A program made the translations under genes and the position numbers. Shown here in pieces: positions 1-9,046 of a stretch of 64,000 nt of DNA. This stretch comes from a virus. Taxonomy: Duplodnaviria > Caudoviricetes. Each line of letters starts with the position of its first letter. The stretch's first letter is position 1. A model generated the notes under the pieces. It was not told where the DNA came from and did no database searches. It saw only the letters and a program-made list of their open reading frames with translations. The DNA is taken from the IMG/VR virus record IMGVR_UViG_3300022401_000003, positions 1,250 to 65,249 of that record; one strand, given 5' to 3'.

Positions 1-322
1 ACCAAAAATACCAACGGCGTTCGCCCTTTGTGAATTGAGGCTCCCAACCCTCGTTGAGAGCTGCGGTGATGATGCGGAGTTGTAGGTATGCTACCAAATC
101 ATAATCGTTCATATCGTGTTGGTGGATATGCGACACATAGCCGTCATAGGCTTTTACGAATGGGTGGTCAGAGCCAAGTTCACGACAAGCATCAGCAAAC
201 GTCTTGATACGCTCGGTTACGTCCTGTGGCTTTTCATCTACGAGGGTAAGCACACCATCTACCCATTTTGCAACTTTCCCTACCGGGATTTCGATTTCTA
301 CTTTCTTTGTCTTGTTTCCCAT
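1..322 (-). CDS. Conserved phage hypothetical protein, 5' part (runs off the window)
   Basis: Manual translation from ATG 322: MGNKTKKVEIEIPVGK...ERIKTFADACRELG...LRIITAALNEGWEPQF, open to position 1. Confidence 0.7.
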   Translation of the reverse strand, partial: MGNKTKKVEIEIPVGKVAKWVDGVLTLVDEKPQDVTERIKTFADACRELGSDHPFVKAYDGYVSHIHQHDMNDYDLVAYLQLRIITAALNEGWEPQFTKGERRWYFW

Positions 323-381
323 ACTGTTGTTGTTTTTAATTGGTTTGATAAAACTTTTGATAATGATTAAATGTCTCATTG

Positions 382-543
382 CTATTTGTTTTTTGGTTCA
401 AAGTCTGGGCACTCTTTCAACTTCTCCTTGTATGCAGGTGGTATCCACCACAAAGGCATATCGGGAGGGTCGGGTAAGTATCGTTTACACTTATCACGAA
501 TGGGGCAGGTAACGCCCGAACAATATGCATAGTCTGTGTTCAT
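382..543 (-). CDS. Small Cys-rich hypothetical protein
   Basis: ORF 382..588, probable start at 543 (MNTDYAYCSGVTCPIRDKCKRY...ECPDF), co-linear with the operon. Confidence 0.6.
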   Translation of the reverse strand: MNTDYAYCSGVTCPIRDKCKRYLPDPPDMPLWWIPPAYKEKLKECPDFEPKNK

Positions 544-550
544 ACTTATT

Positions 551-1282
551 TCATTTGTTTGTTGGTTTTCTGAATGATTGCTCCGCACCGAAATTGATGA
601 TGTGCATCATTTCACGGAAGCGGTCGGCAATGCGTTCATCGTAATAGGTTGCTATCTCTGCTGCTGAAAGATTGGAAGATACCAACGTGCAGAACTGCTC
701 TTCGTAGCGGAAAGAGATAATATCCATTGCCGCAGTTACAAAGTCGCCGTAGTGTATGCTTTCCTTTGGCTCTTGCCCGAGGTCGTCAATGGCAAGTATC
801 TCAATGGTGCGTAGCCTCTTGAACTTGTACACATCGCTTTCGTTCTCACGTGTGGGGTTGTTGTACGCTTTTGCAAGCAATACGAGTTCCTTTGCCGTGA
901 TGAATATGTAGCCACGTACCGGGTATTCGTCCTGTCGGCTACTCCAACCCTCATCGGAGCGGAGCAATCCTGTGAGGTTTTGCAAAGCACGGAGAATGGT
1001 TGTCTTTCCATTGCCTGCTCCACCACAGAGGAACAGCCCGAATGTGGAGTCCTGCGATGTGAGCCACTTGGAAATGTCCCATAGGTGTTGCTTGTACTCC
1101 TGTGTATCTTGGAACTCACGATAACGGCTTGCTACCTCGGCTTTACACGCTGTATAGAGCATTGCATATACCTGTTTAGGTGTATATGGCAGTCTAAAAC
1201 GTGTCGCCGTACGTTTTCGGCTCATCAGGTGAGAGAACATTTCCTCTACGTTGATTTCGTCCTTTGGATTTAGAGTTATCAT
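551..1282 (-). CDS. DnaC/IstB-like AAA+ ATPase (helicase loader)
   Basis: Walker A GGAGNGKT, Walker B ILAIDDLG, then TLVSSN and Y-D-E-R-I-A-D-R-F; directly follows the initiator gene. Confidence 0.88.
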   Translation of the reverse strand: MITLNPKDEINVEEMFSHLMSRKRTATRFRLPYTPKQVYAMLYTACKAEVASRYREFQDTQEYKQHLWDISKWLTSQDSTFGLFLCGGAGNGKTTILRALQNLTGLLRSDEGWSSRQDEYPVRGYIFITAKELVLLAKAYNNPTRENESDVYKFKRLRTIEILAIDDLGQEPKESIHYGDFVTAAMDIISFRYEEQFCTLVSSNLSAAEIATYYDERIADRFREMMHIINFGAEQSFRKPTNK

Positions 1283-1982
1283 CTTTCGCTGTTTTGTTTC
1301 TATTCACTATGCGTAACCACGAATTGAAGTGCTGTTTGGCATCTGCCAATGATTGGTGTCCTCGCTCTTTGCCGTCTGCCACACATTGCACCCGAAAATC
1401 ATCGAGGCTGTTCCGTAGCAGCTCTATTTTCATTGAGTGGAGCACCTGTAATTGGTCGAGCCAACATTCATCTGCTTTCAGTTTCTCAATTTCTTGGTCG
1501 AGCGTTAGCGAATATGGTTCGTAACGTGGTGGTGCGTCTTGTTTCTCAGTCTCCTTCTTTCGTTGGTTTGCCCTATTCCGAGGTCTTGGTGCTTGCTGTT
1601 GTGTCAGCAGGCTGTAATCTGTGATGTTACACACCCGGCGGCATTGAATACAAATACGACTGTAACGCTCTTGAATACCTTTGCTTGTAAGCACTCCCTC
1701 CGCATCGAACAGTTCCTTTGAAAACAACCCGAGAGACAGGCAGGTCTTGATAACCTCTGATACATACGCCTCGTCAAATCCCGTCAGTTCCGAGCAGATG
1801 AAAGGCAACTCTTCGTCCCACTCTATGTAATACCCATTCTTGTAGATGCTACAGAGCAGCAGAGCATATATCGAAATGGCTTTCCCACCTTGATACTTGA
1901 TTAGTTTTCTTATCTTGAGGTCGCTGAATATGTCTATATCCATTGGGAAATATTCCAACCCCTTTTTTGAAGTTCGTGCCAT
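1194..1982 (-). CDS. Phage replication initiator, DUF4373-type N-terminal winged helix
   Basis: MARTSKKGLEYFPMDIDIFSDLKIRKL...LTSKGIQERY N-terminus typical of DUF4373 proteins; lies upstream of the DnaC-like ATPase. Confidence 0.8.
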   Translation of the reverse strand: MARTSKKGLEYFPMDIDIFSDLKIRKLIKYQGGKAISIYALLLCSIYKNGYYIEWDEELPFICSELTGFDEAYVSEVIKTCLSLGLFSKELFDAEGVLTSKGIQERYSRICIQCRRVCNITDYSLLTQQQAPRPRNRANQRKKETEKQDAPPRYEPYSLTLDQEIEKLKADECWLDQLQVLHSMKIELLRNSLDDFRVQCVADGKERGHQSLADAKQHFNSWLRIVNRNKTAKDDNSKSKGRNQRRGNVLSPDEPKTYGDTF

Positions 1983-1988
1983 AGAGAG

Positions 1989-2417
1989 TTAGTATTCGTT
2001 GTTCAAATAATCGTCCACTTCACGTTGGAAATCGTCAAAGGAACGACACACCACATATTTGTACTCTCCGTCAGCACAGACGATGTTCTGCCATTGCTTT
2101 TGGCTGTCTCGCTGTCTGCCTTTGAGAGTTTTCATTTCAATGAGCAAAGCACCGTAGTCCCGGTTGCTTTTCAAGAGGATGAGGTCTGCCACCCCTGCCA
2201 CAACTCCCTCGGCTTTCAGTTTTGCTGCCGTAGTAGCATCACGCCTGCCACCATTAGGAACGGCGAACAGTCTGCCGTGAAGCCTGGGATATTGGAGGGA
2301 GAACCACCGCACACACGCACATTGTATGCGGTGTTCCTCATCCTTGTGTACCTTTCGAGTTTTGACAGCGTTCTTTTTAGCCATCAACTCATCGAAAGTC
2401 ATTCTATTCGCTGACAT
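1989..2417 (-). CDS. VRR-NUC domain nuclease (Holliday junction resolvase-like)
   Basis: AVPNGGRR, GVVAGVADLILL, IEMKT and Q-W motifs; probable start at 2417. Confidence 0.88.
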   Translation of the reverse strand: MSANRMTFDELMAKKNAVKTRKVHKDEEHRIQCACVRWFSLQYPRLHGRLFAVPNGGRRDATTAAKLKAEGVVAGVADLILLKSNRDYGALLIEMKTLKGRQRDSQKQWQNIVCADGEYKYVVCRSFDDFQREVDDYLNNEY

Positions 2418-2436
2418 TGCTTCAGCGATTGTTACT

Positions 2437-2883
2437 TTACTTTTCGTCATACTTTGCAGGGTAATAATCCAATATCTGTGTCTCGACAATGGAAACTATT
2501 TCGTAATCTGCCATTGTTCCTTTCATACCCTCAATGAAGCGGTCGTATGCGTTCTTGAAGTCCGAAGCCTGTACGAGAATAAAACTGTTGGTCTTTTTCT
2601 CGGCTCCGCTCTTTTCGTCAAGGGTGATGAAAGAAACCTTTACTTTGTAGTAGCGGTCTGCCGACACATCTTCGGAGAGCATCAGTTCTGAAATACGAGG
2701 CTTGACGATTTGGGGAATGCTAAATTCGCCACTGATGTAGGGTTTCAGTTCCTCGATAGTTCTTGCCTCTGCCTCTGTGAACGAGAGCGCATCAAAAAGA
2801 TACTGTTCGCTTACTGTCTTGTTGAGTCCGTTTTCCATTGTCTTTTCGTAGCGGACTGTCGAAAGGAAATAGTTTACCATCAT
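2437..2883 (-). CDS. DUF4494-like protein
   Basis: VRYEKTMENG...EQYLFDALSFTEAEAR...YKVKVSFITLDEKSG pattern. Confidence 0.8.
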   Translation of the reverse strand: MMVNYFLSTVRYEKTMENGLNKTVSEQYLFDALSFTEAEARTIEELKPYISGEFSIPQIVKPRISELMLSEDVSADRYYKVKVSFITLDEKSGAEKKTNSFILVQASDFKNAYDRFIEGMKGTMADYEIVSIVETQILDYYPAKYDEK

Positions 2884-3161
2884 TCTTTCAAGTTCATACG
2901 GTTTTTCAATTCTTTGCTTAACACGAGTTTGGCGGTGTTCTGTGCCGGAATGCTGACAACAGTACCCTTGCTGATGTTGCGAGCCTTTTTAGGGGCTGTG
3001 GTAACTGCCTTGATTGTTGCAAAGCCACGAATGAAAACACTCTCACCCTTTGCGAGTGAACTGCTGATAGCCTCTACCACGCTTTCGGTGGCAGCGATTG
3101 CCTGCGAACGACTTAAAGTCGTGTTGTTGATTACGTAATCAACGATGTCATTTTTCTTCAT
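2880..3161 (-). CDS. hup: HU family DNA-binding protein
   Basis: 93 aa with GESVFIRGFATI and ARNISKG motifs of the HU/IHF fold. Confidence 0.9.
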   Translation of the reverse strand: MKKNDIVDYVINNTTLSRSQAIAATESVVEAISSSLAKGESVFIRGFATIKAVTTAPKKARNISKGTVVSIPAQNTAKLVLSKELKNRMNLKE

Positions 3162-3327
3162 TTTGAACTGAATTAAAGGTGAATAATTTCTTTTCTAACT
3201 TCTTTATCATTTGTCGTATAACCCACGCACGACAGTTGTTGCGTTGTCCGGGCAGGGTGTCATATACTTTGGCAGCATCATCGAAATACTTGATAATCTT
3301 CTGCACGTCTGTTTTGCATATATCCAT
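3148..3327 (-). CDS. Hypothetical protein (59 aa, below ORF-track cutoff)
   Basis: Manual translation MDICKTDVQKIIKYFDDAAKVYD...; start overlaps the helicase stop and fills the gap before HU. Confidence 0.6.
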   Translation of the reverse strand: MDICKTDVQKIIKYFDDAAKVYDTLPGQRNNCRAWVIRQMIKKLEKKLFTFNSVQNEEK

Positions 3328-4763
3328 TATCCCGATGTGTTGAGGAAGAGATTAACCAACTCATCGAAGTACATTTCATCAGTTGGTATATCATCGTCCG
3401 AGTTCATTATTTCACTCGCAATAGATTTCTTGCGGTGTATGAGGTTATAAATGGTGTGGTCGATTGTGCCACGTCCGAGCAGGTAGTAACAGGTTACGTT
3501 GTCTTTCTGACCTATGCGGTGCGCTCTGTCCTCACATTGGCAGCAGTCGGCATACGTCCAAGCCAATTCAATGAATGCCACGTTTGATGAGGCTGTAAGT
3601 GTCAGTCCCACTCCGGCAGCTTTGATTGAACAGATGATGAGGTTTACATTGGGGTTGTTCTGGAACGCATCGACAGATGCCTGTTTGTTTACCATACTAT
3701 CACGTCCTGTAACCGTTACCGCACGAGGGAACACCTTTTGCAGTTCGTCCACAACCTCGTGTAGAGAGCAGAACACAATGAGTTTCTTTCCGCTGTCGAG
3801 GAATGTGCGAATGAAGTCCACCGCCTGCGCTATCTTGCCTTTGGTGGCCAAGGAACGCAACGTCATAAAGCGCACAAGGGCTTCCATACGCATTTTGCGG
3901 CGTATCTCCCAATCGGTACACTCGGTGTACTCCTGCAAGTATGCGGCAAGGTCGGCGGCAGCAAGGTTGTATTCCTTATCATTGGAAATCTCCACGTACA
4001 AGTCCACTCGTGTTTTGTCGGGCAACTGCGGCAGCACCTTTGATTTCTCTCGGCGTATCATACAGGTATCGTACAACTGCTTTGAAAGAACTGACAGAGG
4101 AACGGCAGGAACGGCGGTCTTGTCTTTGGGGTCGGTGCAGTAGTCTGCCATAAACTTGGCACGTCCTCCAAACTCGCCTATGCGGTCCAATATGGAGAGT
4201 TGGGCGATTAAATCTTCGGGACGATTGACAACAGGTGTACCCGACAGGAGTATGCGGTATTCCTTGCCAACGGACAAACCTTTTGTGAAGATTGTCTGCT
4301 GTGCGGAGGGGTCTTTTACACGGTGGCTCTCATCTATGATGATTGATTTGAACTGCTGCATCTGCGGACAGAACACTACGTCTTTCAGTCGGAACTGCTT
4401 GCCGCCCTTGATGTCCCACACGAAGTATTTGCGCAGGCTCTCATAATTGACAATGGCGACCTGATGCACGCCCATTGAGAGGAGATAACCCCACGTGGTG
4501 CGGACGTTATTGTCAAGCACAAGTGCGCTCTTATCTGTGAATTTCTCAAACTCTCGTTGCCAATTTAATTTGAGTGATGACGGACAGATAACGAGGCAGG
4601 GGTATGCTCTTGCTGTATCGACTATGCCAATGCTCTGCAATGTCTTGCCCAATCCCGGCTCATCGCCGATGATAATGCGCTTATGCTCCAATCCGAAGCA
4701 GATGCCCTCACGTTGGTATTCGTAAGGCTCGACACGCAGATTATGTTTCAGTATATTGCTCAT
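3327..4763 (-). CDS. SNF2-family (HARP/SMARCAL1-like) helicase/translocase
   Basis: GDEPGLGKT, IIIDESH, LSGTP, AAGVGLTL and QCEDRAHRIGQ motifs. Confidence 0.93.
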   Translation of the reverse strand: MSNILKHNLRVEPYEYQREGICFGLEHKRIIIGDEPGLGKTLQSIGIVDTARAYPCLVICPSSLKLNWQREFEKFTDKSALVLDNNVRTTWGYLLSMGVHQVAIVNYESLRKYFVWDIKGGKQFRLKDVVFCPQMQQFKSIIIDESHRVKDPSAQQTIFTKGLSVGKEYRILLSGTPVVNRPEDLIAQLSILDRIGEFGGRAKFMADYCTDPKDKTAVPAVPLSVLSKQLYDTCMIRREKSKVLPQLPDKTRVDLYVEISNDKEYNLAAADLAAYLQEYTECTDWEIRRKMRMEALVRFMTLRSLATKGKIAQAVDFIRTFLDSGKKLIVFCSLHEVVDELQKVFPRAVTVTGRDSMVNKQASVDAFQNNPNVNLIICSIKAAGVGLTLTASSNVAFIELAWTYADCCQCEDRAHRIGQKDNVTCYYLLGRGTIDHTIYNLIHRKKSIASEIMNSDDDIPTDEMYFDELVNLFLNTSG

Positions 4764-5197
4764 TTGAAATTCTCTATATCTGTGATTAAATCTTCTTTAT
4801 CTATCCCTTTGAGGAACTTGTATAGCACAAGGTCGATGCACTGATTGTAGAAGCGTTCAAACTCGTGTTGTTCCATTGCCGAGAATGATATGCTTTGGTA
4901 TTCTATCTCCTTTTCGCCTCGTTCGTTGAGGCTTGTTTTGAAGTAGCCCAAGTCTCGCTTGAAGCGGCGCAGCATATCTTCCTCATTGTGGACTTTGAAA
5001 TATTCTGCAAGGTTGGACGGCAGGTTGTCAAACGTGAGGCGCACCAATGCAAAGAACTTCTTGTGATGTTCGTAGTTGCGAGGGTTGCTAACCTTGCACT
5101 TGACGACAGAGCCGACACGAAGCCGTTTCTTCAAGTCGTAGTCGCTATCATAGAGCGGCACAAGACCGTGAGGCGTTACCTTGCAGAATATATCCAT
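4760..5197 (-). CDS. DUF1367/NinB-like protein
   Basis: PRNYEHHKKFFAL and SISFSAMEQHEFERFY motifs; probable start at 5197. Confidence 0.72.
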   Translation of the reverse strand: MDIFCKVTPHGLVPLYDSDYDLKKRLRVGSVVKCKVSNPRNYEHHKKFFALVRLTFDNLPSNLAEYFKVHNEEDMLRRFKRDLGYFKTSLNERGEKEIEYQSISFSAMEQHEFERFYNQCIDLVLYKFLKGIDKEDLITDIENFK

Positions 5198-5201
5198 AGG
5201 G

Positions 5202-5420
5202 CTATTTGAGGTCTGATGATGCAATCGCAAGAGCGACTATCGCAATTCGTACCTGTGTGCCATCTTCGCCAAACTTGTTGAAGTTCATTTTTATTGGAGC
5301 CTCTGTCAGTTCAGCCCAACGCTCCTCTGTTAATTTTTCGCCCATCAACATCATTGTTCCGGCTACCTCGTCTCTGTCAAACTCGACTTCGAGTTTCATT
5401 TTCTTGTTTTCTTCTGCCAT
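5202..5420 (-). CDS. Hypothetical protein
   Basis: 72-aa ORF tightly packed in the operon. Confidence 0.6.
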   Translation of the reverse strand: MAEENKKMKLEVEFDRDEVAGTMMLMGEKLTEERWAELTEAPIKMNFNKFGEDGTQVRIAIVALAIASSDLK

Positions 5421-5430
5421 AATTCTTTGA

Positions 5431-6105
5431 TTATAAATTGTTGTTAGTTACAGGTGGGCATAAGCACCAATATTGAAATGCCAATTCTTCGTATTTCTCA
5501 CGACCACGATTATAGACCTCATCGCCACGATTTATGAACTTCTTGAATATGCAGCAGTTCTTTTTGCTGATGGCGTAGATGAAATCACGGTTGCTCTTTG
5601 CGATGTCCATATACCAGGCACGACTCCTGTCCCAATCAAAGAAATCAACAGCTTCCTCGAACTGTTGCTGTGTGGCGGCGAATGTTGTTTTGAGGTCGCC
5701 ACCGAAGCCACCGAGCCACCAATCCCATTTGCACCGGGTATCGAGCGTGAACGGAAATTCGCAGTATGTGAACTGCTGTGCCTTATTGACCATAAAGCGT
5801 TGTGTTTCGGCACATTCAAGTACTTTGGCGAGGAACGCATCTTTGCGTGCTTCCATACGGAGAGCCTTTTGCATTTCCTGTGCGTGTCGGAACTCATCTT
5901 CTGTGTATGGCACATCGTCCACTGTTAGGCGGTAGTAGTCCACCTTTGACGGCTCTGTAATGATTGCATCGACCAACGAGCCGAAGCGGAACGCCGCCTC
6001 TTTGTCTCCGAACTGCATACGTGGATGTAAGATGTTTTTCAGTTCGGTGAGGTCAGAGTTACTGACCTCACTTCTGCTGTAATAATTATCGCTCATAGTA
6101 ATCAT
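5431..6105 (-). CDS. PD-(D/E)XK exonuclease, RecE/ExoVIII-like (DUF3799-like)
   Basis: YYSRSEVSNSDL, FRFGSLVDAII and RCKWDW...GGDLKTT motifs; lies in the RecT module. Confidence 0.82.
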   Translation of the reverse strand: MITMSDNYYSRSEVSNSDLTELKNILHPRMQFGDKEAAFRFGSLVDAIITEPSKVDYYRLTVDDVPYTEDEFRHAQEMQKALRMEARKDAFLAKVLECAETQRFMVNKAQQFTYCEFPFTLDTRCKWDWWLGGFGGDLKTTFAATQQQFEEAVDFFDWDRSRAWYMDIAKSNRDFIYAISKKNCCIFKKFINRGDEVYNRGREKYEELAFQYWCLCPPVTNNNL

Positions 6106-6114
6106 CGTAAATTC

Positions 6115-7308
6115 TTACTTCGCTTTTACGTCCTCGACATATTCCACACTCTCATCCTTGATGTACGTTCCCTCTTTGGCGAGTTTTTCACAGAATGTTA
6201 TCTGCTTCTTGAACATCTTGGTGAGTTCCTCAACAGAGAGGTGGCAACCCTCCTTGCTCCACCACATAGAGAGAATAGGCATAATGCCCTCGGGATTGAG
6301 CAGGTTGATTTTCTGTGCAACCTTTGCCTTTGGTTGGTAGCCGGAGGACACGACTGCTTGCTGACCGAACAGGCTTTCCATTTCGGACTGCTGACGTGCC
6401 ATTTCTGCCTTCTGCTTTTCTTCCTCCTCCTTGCGGCGGCGTTCTGCCTCCTGTTCCTCCGCTTCCTTGCGCTGACGTGCTTCCATTTCATCCTTGATAC
6501 GTGCAGCTTCCTCGGCTGATGCCTGTGCCATACGTTCGAGGTTGGTTTTCTTGGACGGCAGACGGTCGATGATGTACTGCTTTGTGCTGTCAATCTCGAA
6601 CTCGTATTGCTCCTTGAACTGCTTGGCAAGGCGTTCCTTTGTCTCAATCTCTGCCTTGCGTATCTCATCTACGGTTATTCCGGCAGGAATGCGAATGAGG
6701 GTGTGCAGGTTGTAGAGGAAGTCGGCAGGAAGTTCCGTTGAATAATCCTTAACCTGCTTGAATGATGCTTCGTAGTTGTCGAGGGTAACGGCATTGTCAA
6801 TGGCTGACAGAGCATTGCAGTCTCTGTTCACGAGTGTTTGGAACTGCTGCTTGAAGTCGTCCTCAATATCCTGTCGCATCTTGGTACGTGCCGCCTCTGC
6901 CTGTTGGCGTTCGTACTCCTTACGGCGGCGTTCCTCCTCCTCGGCACGTTTCTTGGCGGCGAACTGATTGCGGAACTGCTGCAACTTGTATGGGATTGTA
7001 TCGGCTTTGGTAGGGTCGATGGCATTCTCCATTACGGTGAACTCCTTGCGGATTGTGTCGAACAGTTGGGTAACAGGCGCACGGCGTTCGTTCATCTTCT
7101 TGACGGTCTTGCGTGCTTTCTCAATGTACTGTGCCGCACGTTGGTCGAGTTCGTCCGTCATTCCTCCCTGCACAATGGCATCGAGGATTGCTTGCCCGGC
7201 AGCTTCGCAGTTCTCACGAGATAGTTTGTTGTCCTTGTAGGACTGTGGAGCGGCAGACACGATAGTCTGTATATTCTCCTGCTTGATAATTGCTAATTCC
7301 TGTGACAT
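6115..7308 (-). CDS. Coiled-coil hypothetical protein in the recombination module
   Basis: 397 aa with E/K/R/Q-rich helical repeats, between RecT and the exonuclease. Confidence 0.75.
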   Translation of the reverse strand: MSQELAIIKQENIQTIVSAAPQSYKDNKLSRENCEAAGQAILDAIVQGGMTDELDQRAAQYIEKARKTVKKMNERRAPVTQLFDTIRKEFTVMENAIDPTKADTIPYKLQQFRNQFAAKKRAEEEERRRKEYERQQAEAARTKMRQDIEDDFKQQFQTLVNRDCNALSAIDNAVTLDNYEASFKQVKDYSTELPADFLYNLHTLIRIPAGITVDEIRKAEIETKERLAKQFKEQYEFEIDSTKQYIIDRLPSKKTNLERMAQASAEEAARIKDEMEARQRKEAEEQEAERRRKEEEEKQKAEMARQQSEMESLFGQQAVVSSGYQPKAKVAQKINLLNPEGIMPILSMWWSKEGCHLSVEELTKMFKKQITFCEKLAKEGTYIKDESVEYVEDVKAK

Positions 7309-7320
7309 AGTGGTATGGTG

Positions 7321-8271
7321 TTAGAATGTGTCGTCTGCGTTGTTTGATTGCTGTGCAGGGTCGATTGTTACACCTGCGGACATATCGGGTGCAGGTGCGA
7401 AATGCTGTTCCTGCTGTTGAGGCTGCTCTGTTCCAACACCGCCGTATGGGTCGATGTCTGTCGGTTGAGGCTGTTCGATGATTTCAGTTTCGAGAGCGGA
7501 GCCACGACCGATATTCAGTTTTGGGTAGGTCTTGAATGCGTGTTTCACGCACTTTGCCATAAGGAAGCCTGTGTCAATCTGACCGTTCTTGTTGTAGAGT
7601 TCGTTAGAGTTGGTTACCCATTGGTTTGTTTTGCGGTCAAAGTAGGAGTTTTGCTTGTCGCTGTAACCTTTAAGTCGCATCCAATCCTGTTCAGTCATCA
7701 CAGAATAGTCTATCGTACCATCGGCACGTGTAATCTTCAAGAAACAGGCAATAATCTTGTTGGACTTGCGAGGGAAAGCGGACATATAGTTCACTATCTT
7801 TTGTCCGTTCTGTTCTCCGTATTGGAATGTGTCGCCCTCGTACACGATAACAGGATTGTCGGCGTGGCGTATCTGTCCGGCATTCTTGCGCAGCACCAAT
7901 TCGCCATATCCCGAAATGGTAAGGTTGCAGACTTTCTCCCAAATGTCGTTGCCCTGTTGGTTTGTGCCTACCTTGACATTGCGAGGAATGAGGTAACAGA
8001 GTGCCTGTGCGCCCGGTGCAAGGGTAAGCCCCTTTACAGCAAGGTCAATAAAGGCATAGAAGATTGATGTACCAGAGCATTCACGCAGGTTGGCTTTGTC
8101 TCTCAACTGTTGGTTGAAGTAGATTGCCTCACGCTCGTACACCTGTTCGCCTCCCTCTTTCCAAATGGAGTTATAGACGTTGATGAATTGACTACGGACA
8201 CGCTCATTGCGTATCACATCGGTTGCTTTTGTCTGTTGCAACTCTTGGGCTAATGATAATGCATTGCTCAT
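7321..8271 (-). CDS. recT: RecT-family single-strand annealing protein
   Basis: GLTLAPG...CYLIPR, ISGYGEL, IVYEGDTF and MAKCVKHAFK motifs with an acidic tail; probable start at 8271 (the longer ORF start overlaps the tRNA-like element). Confidence 0.85.
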   Translation of the reverse strand: MSNALSLAQELQQTKATDVIRNERVRSQFINVYNSIWKEGGEQVYEREAIYFNQQLRDKANLRECSGTSIFYAFIDLAVKGLTLAPGAQALCYLIPRNVKVGTNQQGNDIWEKVCNLTISGYGELVLRKNAGQIRHADNPVIVYEGDTFQYGEQNGQKIVNYMSAFPRKSNKIIACFLKITRADGTIDYSVMTEQDWMRLKGYSDKQNSYFDRKTNQWVTNSNELYNKNGQIDTGFLMAKCVKHAFKTYPKLNIGRGSALETEIIEQPQPTDIDPYGGVGTEQPQQQEQHFAPAPDMSAGVTIDPAQQSNNADDTF

Positions 8272-8312
8272 AATGTTAATAATTAAAGTTATTGAAATAC
8301 AGTTGTCTGTTG

Positions 8313-8392
8313 TGGCTGCAAGCGGACTCGAACCGCTAACCCTCCATTGTGGCATACGACCCGGAGTGTAGTTCCCATTACTCTATACAGCC
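8313..8392 (-). tRNA. tRNA-like element with aberrant anticodon arm (isotype undetermined; possible pseudo-tRNA)
   Basis: Acceptor stem GGCTGTA/TGCAGCC, T-arm AGCGG-TTCGAGT-CCGCT, D-loop AATGG. Anticodon stem CTCCG/TGGAG encloses 15 nt. No CCA. Confidence 0.6.
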
Positions 8393-8398
8393 TTGTTG

Positions 8399-8671
8399 TT
8401 ATATCTTGAAATAGTCCTGTTTCACGTTCTGTAATGCTCTCAACTCTGCCGTGCGGTACTCGACTTTGCCGGGACGTTTACAAGGCTCTATCTTGCCCTC
8501 TATGCGCCACCTATCGACATTGCCACGTCCGAACATCGTGTATGCCTGTCGTTGGCTGACTGTCTCGGGGTCGTTGCGTACTTCGGAGAGCATACGCACT
8601 ACCGAAGCGGCAACATCGTGGATGAACGTCTCGTAGGTAACTGACTTGTCGGAAAAATCGAGTGTGAGCAT
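8399..8671 (-). CDS. Small HTH DNA-binding protein, excisionase-like
   Basis: SQRQAYTMFGRGNVDRWRIEGKIEP...VEY resembles the MerR/Xis-like winged helix. Confidence 0.6.
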   Translation of the reverse strand: MLTLDFSDKSVTYETFIHDVAASVVRMLSEVRNDPETVSQRQAYTMFGRGNVDRWRIEGKIEPCKRPGKVEYRTAELRALQNVKQDYFKI

Positions 8672-8675
8672 AGAT

Positions 8676-8876
8676 TTACTTTTTATTGGTTTGACTTTGA
8701 CACGCAGGTGTCTTGTCGTACTCTACATTTCGTTTGAGCAGGGTACAGTAGCGACCATTCAACTGCTCATAGGCTTTTGCACACTTGGCGCAAATGGGAT
8801 TGGTATGTGATGCCATAGTTAGAATATGCTTAATTGATGACCACGTTTCTTTACTGTGCGTTCGTAACGCTTGCAC
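8676..8876 (-). CDS. Small Cys-containing hypothetical protein
   Basis: CAKC...YC...C motifs; the true start may be an internal Met. Confidence 0.5.
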   Translation of the reverse strand: MQALRTHSKETWSSIKHILTMASHTNPICAKCAKAYEQLNGRYCTLLKRNVEYDKTPACQSQTNKK

Positions 8877-9046
8877 TTATCTTTGAAAGGACAGTTGCCG
8901 GACTTGGCTTGCTGATAGGCTGAATGAAAGGTGTCCCAATCCACACCACGAAGAAATCCCATCAAGTCCATACAAAACCAACCTTTATCCATTGATTTGT
9001 TCTCGCCTGTAATCTCGACAAGTCCGTTGCCTTTTGGTGTTCCCAT
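8819..9046 (-). CDS. Hypothetical protein
   Basis: 75-aa ORF overlapping its neighbours in the operon. Confidence 0.5.
   Translation of the reverse strand: MGTPKGNGLVEITGENKSMDKGWFCMDLMGFLRGVDWDTFHSAYQQAKSGNCPFKDKCKRYERTVKKRGHQLSIF

Noticed and set aside
8272-8355. N-terminal extension of RecT from ATG 8355
   Set aside because: It overlaps the tRNA-like element; ATG 8271 has the typical AT-rich leader.
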